NCBI GenBank assembly: GCA_903840015.1
Contig: CAIMEL010000004.1
Location: 97,452 to 161,451 of the forward strand
DNA from: an uncultured bacterium
Lineage (GTDB): Bacteria > Patescibacteriota > Dojkabacteria > SC72
Length of the DNA: 64,000 nt
Direction: 5' to 3'
A program made the position numbers and the translations under genes. The notes under the pieces are model-generated. The model was not told where the DNA came from, ran no database searches, and saw only the letters and a program-made list of their open reading frames with translations. This document shows positions 45,847 through 55,101 of the stretch, piece after piece. The first letter of the stretch is position 1. Every line of letters begins with the position of its first letter.

Positions 45847-46854
45847 ATGACAAATACCATAAAATACCTTCTTGGAATCTTCTTAATCTCACTTGTATTC
45901 TTCCAATTAAACATAATCCCTGCGAAAGCGAATGAAAACCCAATACTCTTTTGGGGAGTAGGATGTACATACTGTGAAGAATTAAAGGATCAAGTTAAAG
46001 CAGAGAAATTGGAAGAGAATATAACGATAGAATATAAAGAGATTTACAACAACAAGGAGGATCTCACACTTTTCAAAGAAAAGATAAAAGAGTGCAATGT
46101 ACCAAATGAACAAGCAGTCATCCCCATGGTCTACATAGATGGGATATGTACATTTGGTGTAGATGATTCTATGAAGATATTAAAGGCTAAGATTGCAGGG
46201 GAGAACCTTGATAATCTCTTCGAGAACACACCAACAGGACTATCAAAAGGCCAGAAGAATACTATCATAATGTTGGCGGGCGTCTTCGTAATGCTTGCCG
46301 GTTTATTCTCTTTCGGTCTTTTAATCCAGGGTAGAAAAAACAAGAAAATCCAAATTGCAACAATATTGGCATTGATATTGGTAACATTCTTCTCTTCGAC
46401 AACTTCTGCACAGGCAATCTGCCCAATCTGTACTGTTGCTGTGGGTGCTGGCCTGGGACTTTCAAGATATTTAGCTATTGATGACTTAATAACAAGCATA
46501 TGGATAGGGGGATTAATTGTATCTACAATATTCTGGATGATAGATTGGCTTGCAAAAAAGAACAGGAAAAGTGTCTTAACAAAGATTATTACAGTCGTTC
46601 TTACATATCTTCTTGTTTTGGTCCCACTGTATTGGAGTGGTATAATAGGACACTTATTTAACACTATGTGGGGAATAGATAAAATCTTACTTGGAATAAT
46701 ATTGGGAAGTTTAGGATTCTTCTTAGGAGCACAGTTACATTTTTACTTGAAGAGAAAGAATTCTGACAAAACATATATACCTTTTCAAAAAGTAATTTTC
46801 CCTGTAGGTACACTATGGCTCTTAACATTAATCTTCTATTTCATTGTTTACTAA
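45847..46854 (+). CDS. Exported glutaredoxin/thioredoxin-like domain (CTYC) fused to a polytopic membrane domain bearing a second CxxC (CPIC). It is a putative thiol-disulfide oxidoreductase.
   Basis: A signal peptide is followed by GVGCTYCEELK, with VIPMVYIDGICTFG showing a Grx-like fold pattern, and then about 6 TM helices. The motif AQAICPICTVAVGAG sits at a helix start. Confidence 0.5.
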   Translation: MTNTIKYLLGIFLISLVFFQLNIIPAKANENPILFWGVGCTYCEELKDQVKAEKLEENITIEYKEIYNNKEDLTLFKEKIKECNVPNEQAVIPMVYIDGICTFGVDDSMKILKAKIAGENLDNLFENTPTGLSKGQKNTIIMLAGVFVMLAGLFSFGLLIQGRKNKKIQIATILALILVTFFSSTTSAQAICPICTVAVGAGLGLSRYLAIDDLITSIWIGGLIVSTIFWMIDWLAKKNRKSVLTKIITVVLTYLLVLVPLYWSGIIGHLFNTMWGIDKILLGIILGSLGFFLGAQLHFYLKRKNSDKTYIPFQKVIFPVGTLWLLTLIFYFIVY

Positions 46855-46875
46855 TTAAATTTTGTTAAATTAAAA

Positions 46876-47325
46876 ATGGCTAAAACAAAATCAGATATAG
46901 ACATGGAGAAAGTAGAACAGTTAGTTGACAAATATGATTCTTTGAAAAAAGAGCACAAATTAGATCTTTCTGCAGATGAAGATCTCTCTATCGCAATAAT
47001 GAATCTCATAAGTATAGAGGAACACCTATTCTTCAGTGGTGCAAAGACAAAAGATAGTAAGTATTACATAGTTCTTAAGGAGATTCGAGAGATGAGAAAA
47101 GATCTTTTAAAAAGAATAATCAAAGATTACGAGGGAGAGGTTTGGTGTATAAGTAAGCACTTACTTGGAGCAAGTTATCGATTAATGGAGTATGGAACAA
47201 AATATTTGGGTAGGGGAGAGAATGAAGTAGCTCAGGAAATGTTTGAGAAAGCATATAACTTGTATTCACTTTTCTGGGGATTAGTAATGGGACTCATTAA
47301 ACCTAAAGATATCAAGGAGGAATAA
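46876..47325 (+). CDS. Hypothetical protein (149 aa).
   Basis: ORF only, with no motif recognised. Confidence 0.4.
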   Translation: MAKTKSDIDMEKVEQLVDKYDSLKKEHKLDLSADEDLSIAIMNLISIEEHLFFSGAKTKDSKYYIVLKEIREMRKDLLKRIIKDYEGEVWCISKHLLGASYRLMEYGTKYLGRGENEVAQEMFEKAYNLYSLFWGLVMGLIKPKDIKEE

Positions 47326-47327
47326 TT

Positions 47328-47435
47328 ATGGAAAAGAAGAAAGAAGAAGTAAAAAAAGAAACAAAAGAGAAGAAAGATTTCTGGGGAGACTTAGGTGATT
47401 TTGTAAAAAAGGCAGTTGATTGCTGTCTTGAGTAA
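47328..47435 (+). CDS. 35-aa Lys/Glu-rich peptide ending in CCLE, with a strong AGGAGG ribosome-binding site 8 nt upstream.
   Basis: Manual translation gives MEKKKEEVKKETKEKKDFWGDLGDFVKKAVDCCLE. The GGAGG at 47316-47320 is one of the few strong SD sequences in the window. Confidence 0.3.
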   Translation: MEKKKEEVKKETKEKKDFWGDLGDFVKKAVDCCLE

Positions 47436-47437
47436 AA

Positions 47438-48046
47438 CTAACTTCTAATTACATAGTTTGTAATTTCAACATCAACGCCACTATCTCTTAATAGTCGCTT
47501 AGCTATATACTCAAGGAAGTGATTCCTATTTGGAGAGATGAAGCTATGATCCTCTACAGCAAGTAGTCTCAACCGATTTGATTCTCCAACACTAAGATGT
47601 ATTTTAGAGAGTAAAGTATCACATCTCTTCCTTGAAAGTCCTGGTATTTGCCTGTTTAATGTTGTTACGAGTGAATCCTTCAGACCTGCTTTTTGCAGAA
47701 GGGAGGTAGAAGCAGCAAGTACTTCATCACTATTCCAGAGAAACTTTTCCCATTCATTCCTATTAGTAATCAGTGTTACATTACCCTCACCTAATAGAGA
47801 GACCAATTCAAGAAATGATGCTTCAACATCTTCCTCTATAGTCGGTTTTGTCAAATGAGAAAGGATAGGCAGTTTAACAAGAGGATTAACAATGAGAGTA
47901 CCATCTATATCAACAAGACAAAAAACTGGGGAATCACCAAAATCCTCTCTTTTAATATGCTCCACAGATTCTGTAAAGGATGATACAGGAATCTCGGAAT
48001 ATGACAATCGCTCGCCGGGTTCACTATACTCTTCCTCAATAACCAT
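47438..48046 (-). CDS. HAD-superfamily hydrolase-like protein.
   Basis: The motif LVDIDGTLIV (HAD motif I, DxDGT) is followed by a VTLITNR (motif II-like) segment. The N-terminal ~40 aa may be an over-extension. Confidence 0.3.
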   Translation of the reverse strand: MVIEEEYSEPGERLSYSEIPVSSFTESVEHIKREDFGDSPVFCLVDIDGTLIVNPLVKLPILSHLTKPTIEEDVEASFLELVSLLGEGNVTLITNRNEWEKFLWNSDEVLAASTSLLQKAGLKDSLVTTLNRQIPGLSRKRCDTLLSKIHLSVGESNRLRLLAVEDHSFISPNRNHFLEYIAKRLLRDSGVDVEITNYVIRS

Positions 48047-48182
48047 TGTTTTACTTAAATACTAATTAAAGAATTGGTATGATATCATAAAGATAGAGAT
48101 GTCTAAAGTAATTAAAATACGTCTCCTCTTCTCCAAGCACTTCCAAGGGCCTTCTGTTATTTAACTTAATCATATTTACAAT

Positions 48183-48458
48183 ATGGGACAATTTGATCAG
48201 TTTTGTCAGAGCTGTGGTATTCCTATGAATATGGATGAAAAGGGTGGGGGAACGAATAAAGATGGGAGTAAAAATACAGAGTATTGTAGCAATTGTTACA
48301 AATCAGGGAAATTTACAGACAATTTCACCACTGCAAAAGAAATGATTACGCATATTAAGGAGGAACTTAGAAAACAGGGATACGGGCCTGTAAAAAGATT
48401 TTGGTATACATCACACATTTCACAATTAGGTAGATGGAGAAACAAAGAGACTAAGTAG
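48183..48458 (+). CDS. Zinc-ribbon domain protein (Zn_ribbon_2-like).
   Basis: CQSCGIPM...DGSKNTEYCSNCYKSGKF gives the C-x2-C...C-x2-C pattern typical of the putative zinc-ribbon family. Confidence 0.5.
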   Translation: MGQFDQFCQSCGIPMNMDEKGGGTNKDGSKNTEYCSNCYKSGKFTDNFTTAKEMITHIKEELRKQGYGPVKRFWYTSHISQLGRWRNKETK

Positions 48459-50247
48459 CACCAACCTGCTTGCTATACATCTGCGAATACAAACCATTTT
48501 GACCCATTAACTGTGGGTGACTTCCATCTTCTACTATTTTACCCTCATTCAAAACTAGGATTCTCCCTGCCTTTCTTACAGTTGCAAATCTGTGAGATAC
48601 TATCAATGTAGTCTTCTCTTTCGAATTCTCTTTAATATTATCAAATATCTTCTCCTCTGAAATACTATCTACAGCACTCGTCGGTTCATCAAGAACCAAC
48701 AATTTAGCATCCCTAAAAAAAGCTCGTGCAATTGCCAATTTTTGCCACTGTCCACCAGAAAGTTGAATACCATCCTTGATTTCTCTACTTAAGAAAGTCT
48801 TATACTTCAATGGCAATTCAGCAATAGTCGAATCTATATCTGCGGAGATAGCCGCATCTCTTACATTCTTTTCTTTCTTCTTTGTGATATCTCCGATATA
48901 TATATTGTCCTCTACCGTAATCGCCAATTTATTAAATGACTGAGAAAGAATACCTATATGTTTGTAATATGAATCAAGATCAACATCTTTAAGATTCTTT
49001 CCATTAATATATATATCCCCTTTCTGTGGGTCATAGATTCTTAATAACAACTTAATAATGGTGCTTTTTCCTGCACCATTCTTACCAACCAAGGCGATAT
49101 CTTCGTCCTTATCAACCTTAAAGGAAACATCCTGCAATATCCATTTTTCAGTATCCGGATATTTAAACCATACATTCCGGAATTCCAATTCCAATCCAGT
49201 AGAGACATTATCAAGTTGTTGATTGCCACTTTTTATCTTATTCTCCCAGTTAAGAACATTGTAAAATACATTTAAGGCATTTTTGTTACCTAATATCGTT
49301 GAAACCCTCTGCAAGCTTTGATCAATATCCATATAGAATTTCTGATAGGCAGATATAACAAAGGTCAGCATACCAATACTTAACTCTCCCTTGAAAACCA
49401 TCTGCAGGGAGTAAACCATAACAAAAATATTCACTACATTAGAGAGAAACGATAATAATGTTGTCCAAGTGTATCTTTCAATGTGGTTTTTCTGTAGTTT
49501 CTTGTTAAAAGCAATATTATACTTTCTTGCCTTCTCTATGAGATATCTCCCATACTTAAAGATAAAAACTTCTTGCAATCTCTCAAAGTTGGTACCCCAC
49601 AAAACCTCACGATAATTTGAATATATAATCTTCTCCTCTCCTTTGGCTGCCCATATATTCCAAAGTTTCTTCCCAAATCTCTTGGTAATTAAAGCTGCAG
49701 GAATTGATGCAAACAAAGCCAATACTGCAAGTAATGGCAACTGATTGAATATTGCTAGGAACGAAATTATCAAAACAGGAATAGCCGACAAACTATGTAA
49801 AGCTTCAAAAAAAGAATGTACTACAACCCAAGTATTCCAACCTAACATACTCTTACTATTTACAAACTTAGGATCTTCATATGCCTGAGGTTCTATCTCA
49901 GCATATTTATTTAAATACACATTGTCATCAAGATATGGAATCCATAGGTCTATTACAGAATCGATGTACTGATAGATATTGTTCACGACAAGCCAAATTA
50001 CCGATACGACGAAGAATATAGTGAGAGTAGGTATGACTTCCTCAAAGCCTTTACCTAAATTAATTGCATTTATACTTATATCAATTACCCTTGCTAGGAA
50101 GTAACTAATTAAAAGAGGATACAGATTTACAAAAAATCTCAAGACAACATATACCCAGATATACTTGGCAAATCTAGTATGGTGATAATATCTCTTGTAT
50201 ACAAACCACAAAAGTTTCAATATGTTTTGTTCTTTTACCTCTTGCAT
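48451..50247 (-). CDS. ABC transporter, fused permease/ATP-binding protein (type I exporter, MsbA-like).
   Basis: Six N-terminal TM helices are followed by the NBD, with Walker A GKNGAGKST, the signature LSGGQWQKLAIARAF and Walker B LLVLDEPTSAVD. Confidence 0.85.
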   Translation of the reverse strand: MQEVKEQNILKLLWFVYKRYYHHTRFAKYIWVYVVLRFFVNLYPLLISYFLARVIDISINAINLGKGFEEVIPTLTIFFVVSVIWLVVNNIYQYIDSVIDLWIPYLDDNVYLNKYAEIEPQAYEDPKFVNSKSMLGWNTWVVVHSFFEALHSLSAIPVLIISFLAIFNQLPLLAVLALFASIPAALITKRFGKKLWNIWAAKGEEKIIYSNYREVLWGTNFERLQEVFIFKYGRYLIEKARKYNIAFNKKLQKNHIERYTWTTLLSFLSNVVNIFVMVYSLQMVFKGELSIGMLTFVISAYQKFYMDIDQSLQRVSTILGNKNALNVFYNVLNWENKIKSGNQQLDNVSTGLELEFRNVWFKYPDTEKWILQDVSFKVDKDEDIALVGKNGAGKSTIIKLLLRIYDPQKGDIYINGKNLKDVDLDSYYKHIGILSQSFNKLAITVEDNIYIGDITKKKEKNVRDAAISADIDSTIAELPLKYKTFLSREIKDGIQLSGGQWQKLAIARAFFRDAKLLVLDEPTSAVDSISEEKIFDNIKENSKEKTTLIVSHRFATVRKAGRILVLNEGKIVEDGSHPQLMGQNGLYSQMYSKQVGAT

Positions 50248-50278
50248 AAGAAATAATTGTACTCGAACTTAAGAAGTG

Positions 50279-51223
50279 TTACAACAGCGACAGCAAGCCC
50301 TTAACATCTTTTGATCGCATAAGTTCCATTCTTAGATCTCCCGCACCTTCAAAATTATTTATATATGCCTTAATATATTTTTTCTGACTATCAAACAGGT
50401 TTTCTTCTTGATCATAACTTTTAAATATTTCCATATGTTTTCTTAAAATCATAATTCTCTCTTCTTTCGATATTTCCTCTCTACCAGAGAAAATCCAAGG
50501 ATCATTCAAGATATATCTTCCAATCATAACTCCATCCACCTTATACAGCTTTACATAATCTTCCAACTGATTCATACTTTTGACATCCCCATTACCAAGA
50601 ATTAAAGTATCAGGTGCAACAGTATTCCTAAGAGTTACACATTTCGCTATTTCATTCCATCGGGCAGGAGTGGAGTACCCTTCCTTTGCTAAACGACCGT
50701 GTACTGTTAACATTGATAATCCCTGCTCAAGGAGAGAACCAATCCAATTTTCTAAATCAATTTTTTCATAACCTATACGAGTCTTAACACTAACGGGCAA
50801 ATCTCCACTACTTTCCTTAACAGCTGCTATTATTTCTTTTGCTAAAACCTTGTCGTTAATCAAAGCAGAACCTCTACCACTAGACAAAACATCTCGTACG
50901 GAACATCCCATATTAATATCTATACCTGCCGGATGAAGCCCTTTCACATACTCTATTGTCTTTGCATAATATTCAGGGACATTACCCCACAATTGAACTA
51001 CAACCGGTTGCTCAGTAGGGGTAAAATCAAGTCGTTGAATAACCTTGTCTCTACCTTTTGAACAAAATCCCTCTACGTTTAAAAATTCAGTAAAGAAAAG
51101 ATCTGGTTTACCAATCTCCGAAATCACAGAACGAAATACACTGTTTGTAACACCCTCCATAGGAGCAAGCGCAGTTATGAATCCCCTCTCTTTTAAAATC
51201 TCTTGGTAGATATTCATTCGCAT
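50279..51223 (-). CDS. tRNA-dihydrouridine synthase (Dus family).
   Basis: The N-terminal motif ALAPMEGVTNSVFRSV and the TIM-barrel FMN-binding pattern are typical of Dus. Confidence 0.75.
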   Translation of the reverse strand: MRMNIYQEILKERGFITALAPMEGVTNSVFRSVISEIGKPDLFFTEFLNVEGFCSKGRDKVIQRLDFTPTEQPVVVQLWGNVPEYYAKTIEYVKGLHPAGIDINMGCSVRDVLSSGRGSALINDKVLAKEIIAAVKESSGDLPVSVKTRIGYEKIDLENWIGSLLEQGLSMLTVHGRLAKEGYSTPARWNEIAKCVTLRNTVAPDTLILGNGDVKSMNQLEDYVKLYKVDGVMIGRYILNDPWIFSGREEISKEERIMILRKHMEIFKSYDQEENLFDSQKKYIKAYINNFEGAGDLRMELMRSKDVKGLLSLL

Positions 51224-51300
51224 ATTCTACCACCTTACAAAAATACTTGCAGATATTTCCGTTTTGAAATAAACTTAATAGAAGATTTAACTGCCTAAAT

Positions 51301-51702
51301 ATGGAATCTAAAAACACAATCCTAGATAATTCAGGACAACAATCCCTTAGTGAGGTAAAAATTGATTCATATCAAATGATATTAATATATTCCTTCCAGA
51401 ATTTTTTAAGATGGTGGTATATTAAAATGCCTCTATGGCATCTTAGAAGGTTAGCAAGATTAAGCACAGTTGTAGATGATCAATTCTCCATCTCCCTTCT
51501 TCTTAAGAACTTTTTCATCCCATGGCATCGTGATTACTCAGCTATCGGTATTTTGTTTGGAATTGTAATGAAACTTCTTTATTTACCAATAGCTATAACG
51601 ATTTATTTGATCTCAGTCATATTCTATATTGCTATTACAATTGGATGGGTACTACTACCAATAGCGACTATTGTTTTCATATTAACCTCTATATTTAGAT
51701 AA
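51301..51702 (+). CDS. Small membrane protein (2-3 TM), co-oriented with and 2 nt upstream of the ClpC-like ATPase gene.
   Basis: The ORF is hydrophobic at its C-terminus (LYLPIAITIYLISVIFYIAITIGWVLLPIATIVFILTSIF). Confidence 0.4.
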   Translation: MESKNTILDNSGQQSLSEVKIDSYQMILIYSFQNFLRWWYIKMPLWHLRRLARLSTVVDDQFSISLLLKNFFIPWHRDYSAIGILFGIVMKLLYLPIAITIYLISVIFYIAITIGWVLLPIATIVFILTSIFR

Positions 51703-51704
51703 AG

Positions 51705-54425
51705 ATGGCATTAGACTTAGGAAGCAGAAAAAAAACATTAATAGGCTATCATGAGAAGAATAAGAATAGCTTTGGATTAATAGAAAAAGACTTTCCAATT
51801 ACCATAAATGAAAACGAATCACTCTTTACACTTACAAGAGACCATTTCTTTACTATCTCGTCACCACAGATAGAGTCTGTCCTAAAGAACTTCCTACGAT
51901 ACAAGAGGTTTAACGATATTAAAAGATTAATAGCAAATATTTTGGTATTTCCAGGATTGATAGTAGCCTTTGGGTATATTCTGAAATACTCCACATTACT
52001 AAACGATTATCCTCTTGTACTTAAGATATTAGAATACCCAATACTAAGTGTACTATTTGGAGTTTCGATATTAAGTGTAATAACTCTGTGGCATGATTTC
52101 TACGAGGACAAAAGTCACCCAGTACAACTCCCCAAAATAAAGAAAATCTCACAAAAGGATATTGACGAGATCAAGGCAACAGGCTTTAAATTTGGAAGAT
52201 ATGGGCATCTTGAAACTATCCATTTCGCAGGAGAAGAACTCTTAGAATACCTCTGTATATATACAATACATGGACAATTCAACACCTTAGCTCTTTACAG
52301 GGATCTTCTAGAAAACAATTTTGAGGTACAACAATTAATACGGAAATCAGGTATGGAATTTGATATAAATCTCTTTGAGCAGGAGGGTATTAATTCCGAG
52401 ACCATTCCTAATTACCCACAAACAGCCATAAGAAGCTTTCTGACATATGCAATAGAGGAGGCACTCCTAACGGAGAGCAAAGATTTACAACCACAACATC
52501 TCTTCCTAGCTATAACAAAGATATTTCCTGCCATACAGAAACTCTTGAAAAAGAACAATATCTCTATAGATATCCTTAGAGAAATAGTTGTTTACAACAA
52601 CAACGAAATTACCAGAAACTTAAGAACACAGTATCTCGATCCAAATATTCCTTACTACAAGAAGGGTGGAGTCGCAAAACAATGGATATATGGATATACA
52701 TTCATTCTTAGCCATTTTAGTAAGGAAATTAATAAAATAGTGGCGCAATCTAGAGATATATTCGGAATAGGACATGACGAGGAGGTCGATGCATTAGTTG
52801 CAGCACTTGGCAAACTTACAAACAAGAATGCATTGCTCATAGGAGAGCCAGGTGTTGGTAAATCGAGCCTAATACTTGGACTTGCTCAAAGGATTAATTC
52901 TGCGGATGTTCCACCACAGCTTAAAGATAAAAGAATTATTGAGTTTGATTTGAATGGATTAATTGCAATATCCAAGAAGGATGGAAATACAGAGGAATTA
53001 ATAATTAAGGCAATGCGCGAGCTAGAGAAAGCAGGTAATACGATTCTTTACATTGATGAAATACAGGAAATTATACCAAGGAAGGCAGAGGAATCCGGCC
53101 ATTCAATAGCGGGCATACTTCTTCCTTTCATATTGAATAGTAAATTTCCAATTATCGGAAGTATTAACTATTCTGATTACAAAAAGTATTTCTACAGTAA
53201 CGAATCACTAAGACAGAGTTTTACAAATATTGAGACAAAAGAGGTGAGTGGAGCTGATGCATTGAGAATATTGGAGAGCAAGGTGCACTCCTTAGAGAGA
53301 AATTTCAACTGCTATATTACCTTCCCAGCATTAGTGGCCTCTGTCGACTTAGCACAAAGATATATAAAGGAGAGGAAGTTACCAAGTAGTGCAGTGCAAA
53401 CCATCGAAGCAACATGTGCATGGGCACAATCTAATGGAATACAAAAGATAACCGCAGAACATGTCTCTAAGGCTGTTTCCTTACAGAAAAATATCAACAT
53501 AACAGCAATCGATCAGGAAGAAGGCAATCGATTGATGAAACTAGAGGAAAATATTAAGAGTAGAGTGGTAGGACAAGATGAAGCCATAGTCGCAGTTACA
53601 GAAGCCCTGAGGAGGGCCAGAACAGATATTAGAAATCCTAACAAACCAATAGGGACATTTCTCTTCATCGGACCGACTGGTGTTGGAAAAACACACCTGG
53701 CGAAGGTTGTTGGAGAAGAATTTTTTGGTATTGAGGAAAACATTATTAGGGTAGATATGTCAGAGTATCAGGATATACCAAGTATAAACAAATTCTTAGG
53801 TTCTGCAGGGGATGAGAATATAATGGGACAATCCTCCATCTCACTAATAGACAAGATTAAGAGTAATCCATATACAGTTGTTCTGTTTGACGAGATAGAG
53901 AAAGCACATCCTCAAATTCTGGATCTTTTCCTACAACTTTTTGATGAAGGCAGATTAACCAGCAATCAAGGAGAAACAGTAGATTTTACAAATTCCATTA
54001 TGATATGTACAAGTAATATAGGGAGTAAAATACTTCTCGAAGCCTTAGAAAACGACCAATCCCTATGGGAAGAGGCAAAAGAGAGGGCTTTGCTTGAATT
54101 AAGGCAATCTATCAAACCGGAATTACTAAACCGATTTGATAAAGTTATTGTATTTTCTCCACACGACACAAGCAATTTAGCTCAAATAGCAACACTCTTA
54201 CTCACAGATTTGGCAAAGCGACTATCAGAGAAGGGCATAACGATAACTTGGTCCTCACAAATACCTATGTTAATTGCAAACAAGTCAAATGAGCCCGGAC
54301 TTGGAGCACGTCCAATGAAGAGATATATCCAAGATAGGATAGAAGGTCAAATTGCAAAAGGATTGATAGAAAACAGTATAGAATCAGGAACTGAGGTTGT
54401 AATTAAAGAAAGTTGGATAATTTAG
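51705..54425 (+). CDS. ClpC/ClpB-like double-ring AAA+ unfoldase with an N-terminal extension containing two predicted TM helices.
   Basis: D1 has Walker A GEPGVGKSS and Walker B ILYIDEIQEI. D2 has Walker A GPTGVGKTHLAK, Walker B VVLFDEIEKAHP and the sensor GARPMKRYI. Clp_N-like repeats are present. Residues ~75-130 (LIANILVFPGLIVAFGYIL... and ILSVLFGVSILSVITLW) are hydrophobic helices. Confidence 0.75.
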   Translation: MALDLGSRKKTLIGYHEKNKNSFGLIEKDFPITINENESLFTLTRDHFFTISSPQIESVLKNFLRYKRFNDIKRLIANILVFPGLIVAFGYILKYSTLLNDYPLVLKILEYPILSVLFGVSILSVITLWHDFYEDKSHPVQLPKIKKISQKDIDEIKATGFKFGRYGHLETIHFAGEELLEYLCIYTIHGQFNTLALYRDLLENNFEVQQLIRKSGMEFDINLFEQEGINSETIPNYPQTAIRSFLTYAIEEALLTESKDLQPQHLFLAITKIFPAIQKLLKKNNISIDILREIVVYNNNEITRNLRTQYLDPNIPYYKKGGVAKQWIYGYTFILSHFSKEINKIVAQSRDIFGIGHDEEVDALVAALGKLTNKNALLIGEPGVGKSSLILGLAQRINSADVPPQLKDKRIIEFDLNGLIAISKKDGNTEELIIKAMRELEKAGNTILYIDEIQEIIPRKAEESGHSIAGILLPFILNSKFPIIGSINYSDYKKYFYSNESLRQSFTNIETKEVSGADALRILESKVHSLERNFNCYITFPALVASVDLAQRYIKERKLPSSAVQTIEATCAWAQSNGIQKITAEHVSKAVSLQKNINITAIDQEEGNRLMKLEENIKSRVVGQDEAIVAVTEALRRARTDIRNPNKPIGTFLFIGPTGVGKTHLAKVVGEEFFGIEENIIRVDMSEYQDIPSINKFLGSAGDENIMGQSSISLIDKIKSNPYTVVLFDEIEKAHPQILDLFLQLFDEGRLTSNQGETVDFTNSIMICTSNIGSKILLEALENDQSLWEEAKERALLELRQSIKPELLNRFDKVIVFSPHDTSNLAQIATLLLTDLAKRLSEKGITITWSSQIPMLIANKSNEPGLGARPMKRYIQDRIEGQIAKGLIENSIESGTEVVIKESWII

Positions 54426-54483
54426 TTGAAAAGACAACTGTTATTACATATAATCTCTGAGTTAATATATATTAATTATTGAT

Positions 54484-54645
54484 ATGGGTGCATTACCAAA
54501 AAGAAAAATTTCAAAAGCAAGAAAAGGAAAAAGACGATCTCAGAATGCTTTGAAGGTAGAAGGTATGACAAAATGTTCAAAATGCGGGAATGTAAAGAGA
54601 AGTCATTTTGAATGTGAGTATTGTGGTAACTATAAAACTAAATAG
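54484..54645 (+). CDS. rpmF: 50S ribosomal protein L32.
   Basis: Manual translation gives MGALPKRKISKARKGKRRSQNALKVEGMTKCSKCGNVKRSHFECEYCGNYKTK, the L32 N-terminal P-K-R-K-x-S-K-x-R motif plus a C4 zinc ribbon. It is below the ORF-track length cut-off. Confidence 0.85.
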   Translation: MGALPKRKISKARKGKRRSQNALKVEGMTKCSKCGNVKRSHFECEYCGNYKTK

Positions 54646-54657
54646 ATTGTTTACTTT

Positions 54658-55101
54658 ATGAAAAGATCATCAGATCCACGACATCTCGCAAGGATATTAG
54701 CTTTACAGCAGCTTTTTTCTGAAAAATTCTCAAATAATCAATTCTATACTGAGAGTATACCTTTAGAGGATTTACTAGAGTTAGATGAGATTGAGAGTTA
54801 TGATGAATCTCTTTTTGAAAAGATTTCAACAGGTGTCAGGGAAAATGTAGAACAGATAGACAAAACTATTGTTGAATTTGCCCCACAGTGGCCAATTTCA
54901 CAAATGAAGTTAGTTGATTTGCAAATACTACGGATTGCAATATATGAGGGATTCATAGGTAAGATAACTCCTCCGAAGGTTTCCATAGATGAGGCTATTG
55001 AGATTGCAAAAGATTTCGGTGGTGAAAGTAGTAGCAAGTTTGTTAATGGTGTACTTGGAGCAATATATGAATTGAATAAAGATAATAATGGAGAATCATA
55101 A
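54658..55101 (+). CDS. nusB: Transcription antitermination factor NusB.
   Basis: The N-terminus reads [13 protein letters not shown] and the C-terminus reads [25 protein letters not shown], matching the NusB conserved ends. Confidence 0.75.
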   Translation: MKRSSDPRHLARILALQQLFSEKFSNNQFYTESIPLEDLLELDEIESYDESLFEKISTGVRENVEQIDKTIVEFAPQWPISQMKLVDLQILRIAIYEGFIGKITPPKVSIDEAIEIAKDFGGESSSKFVNGVLGAIYELNKDNNGES

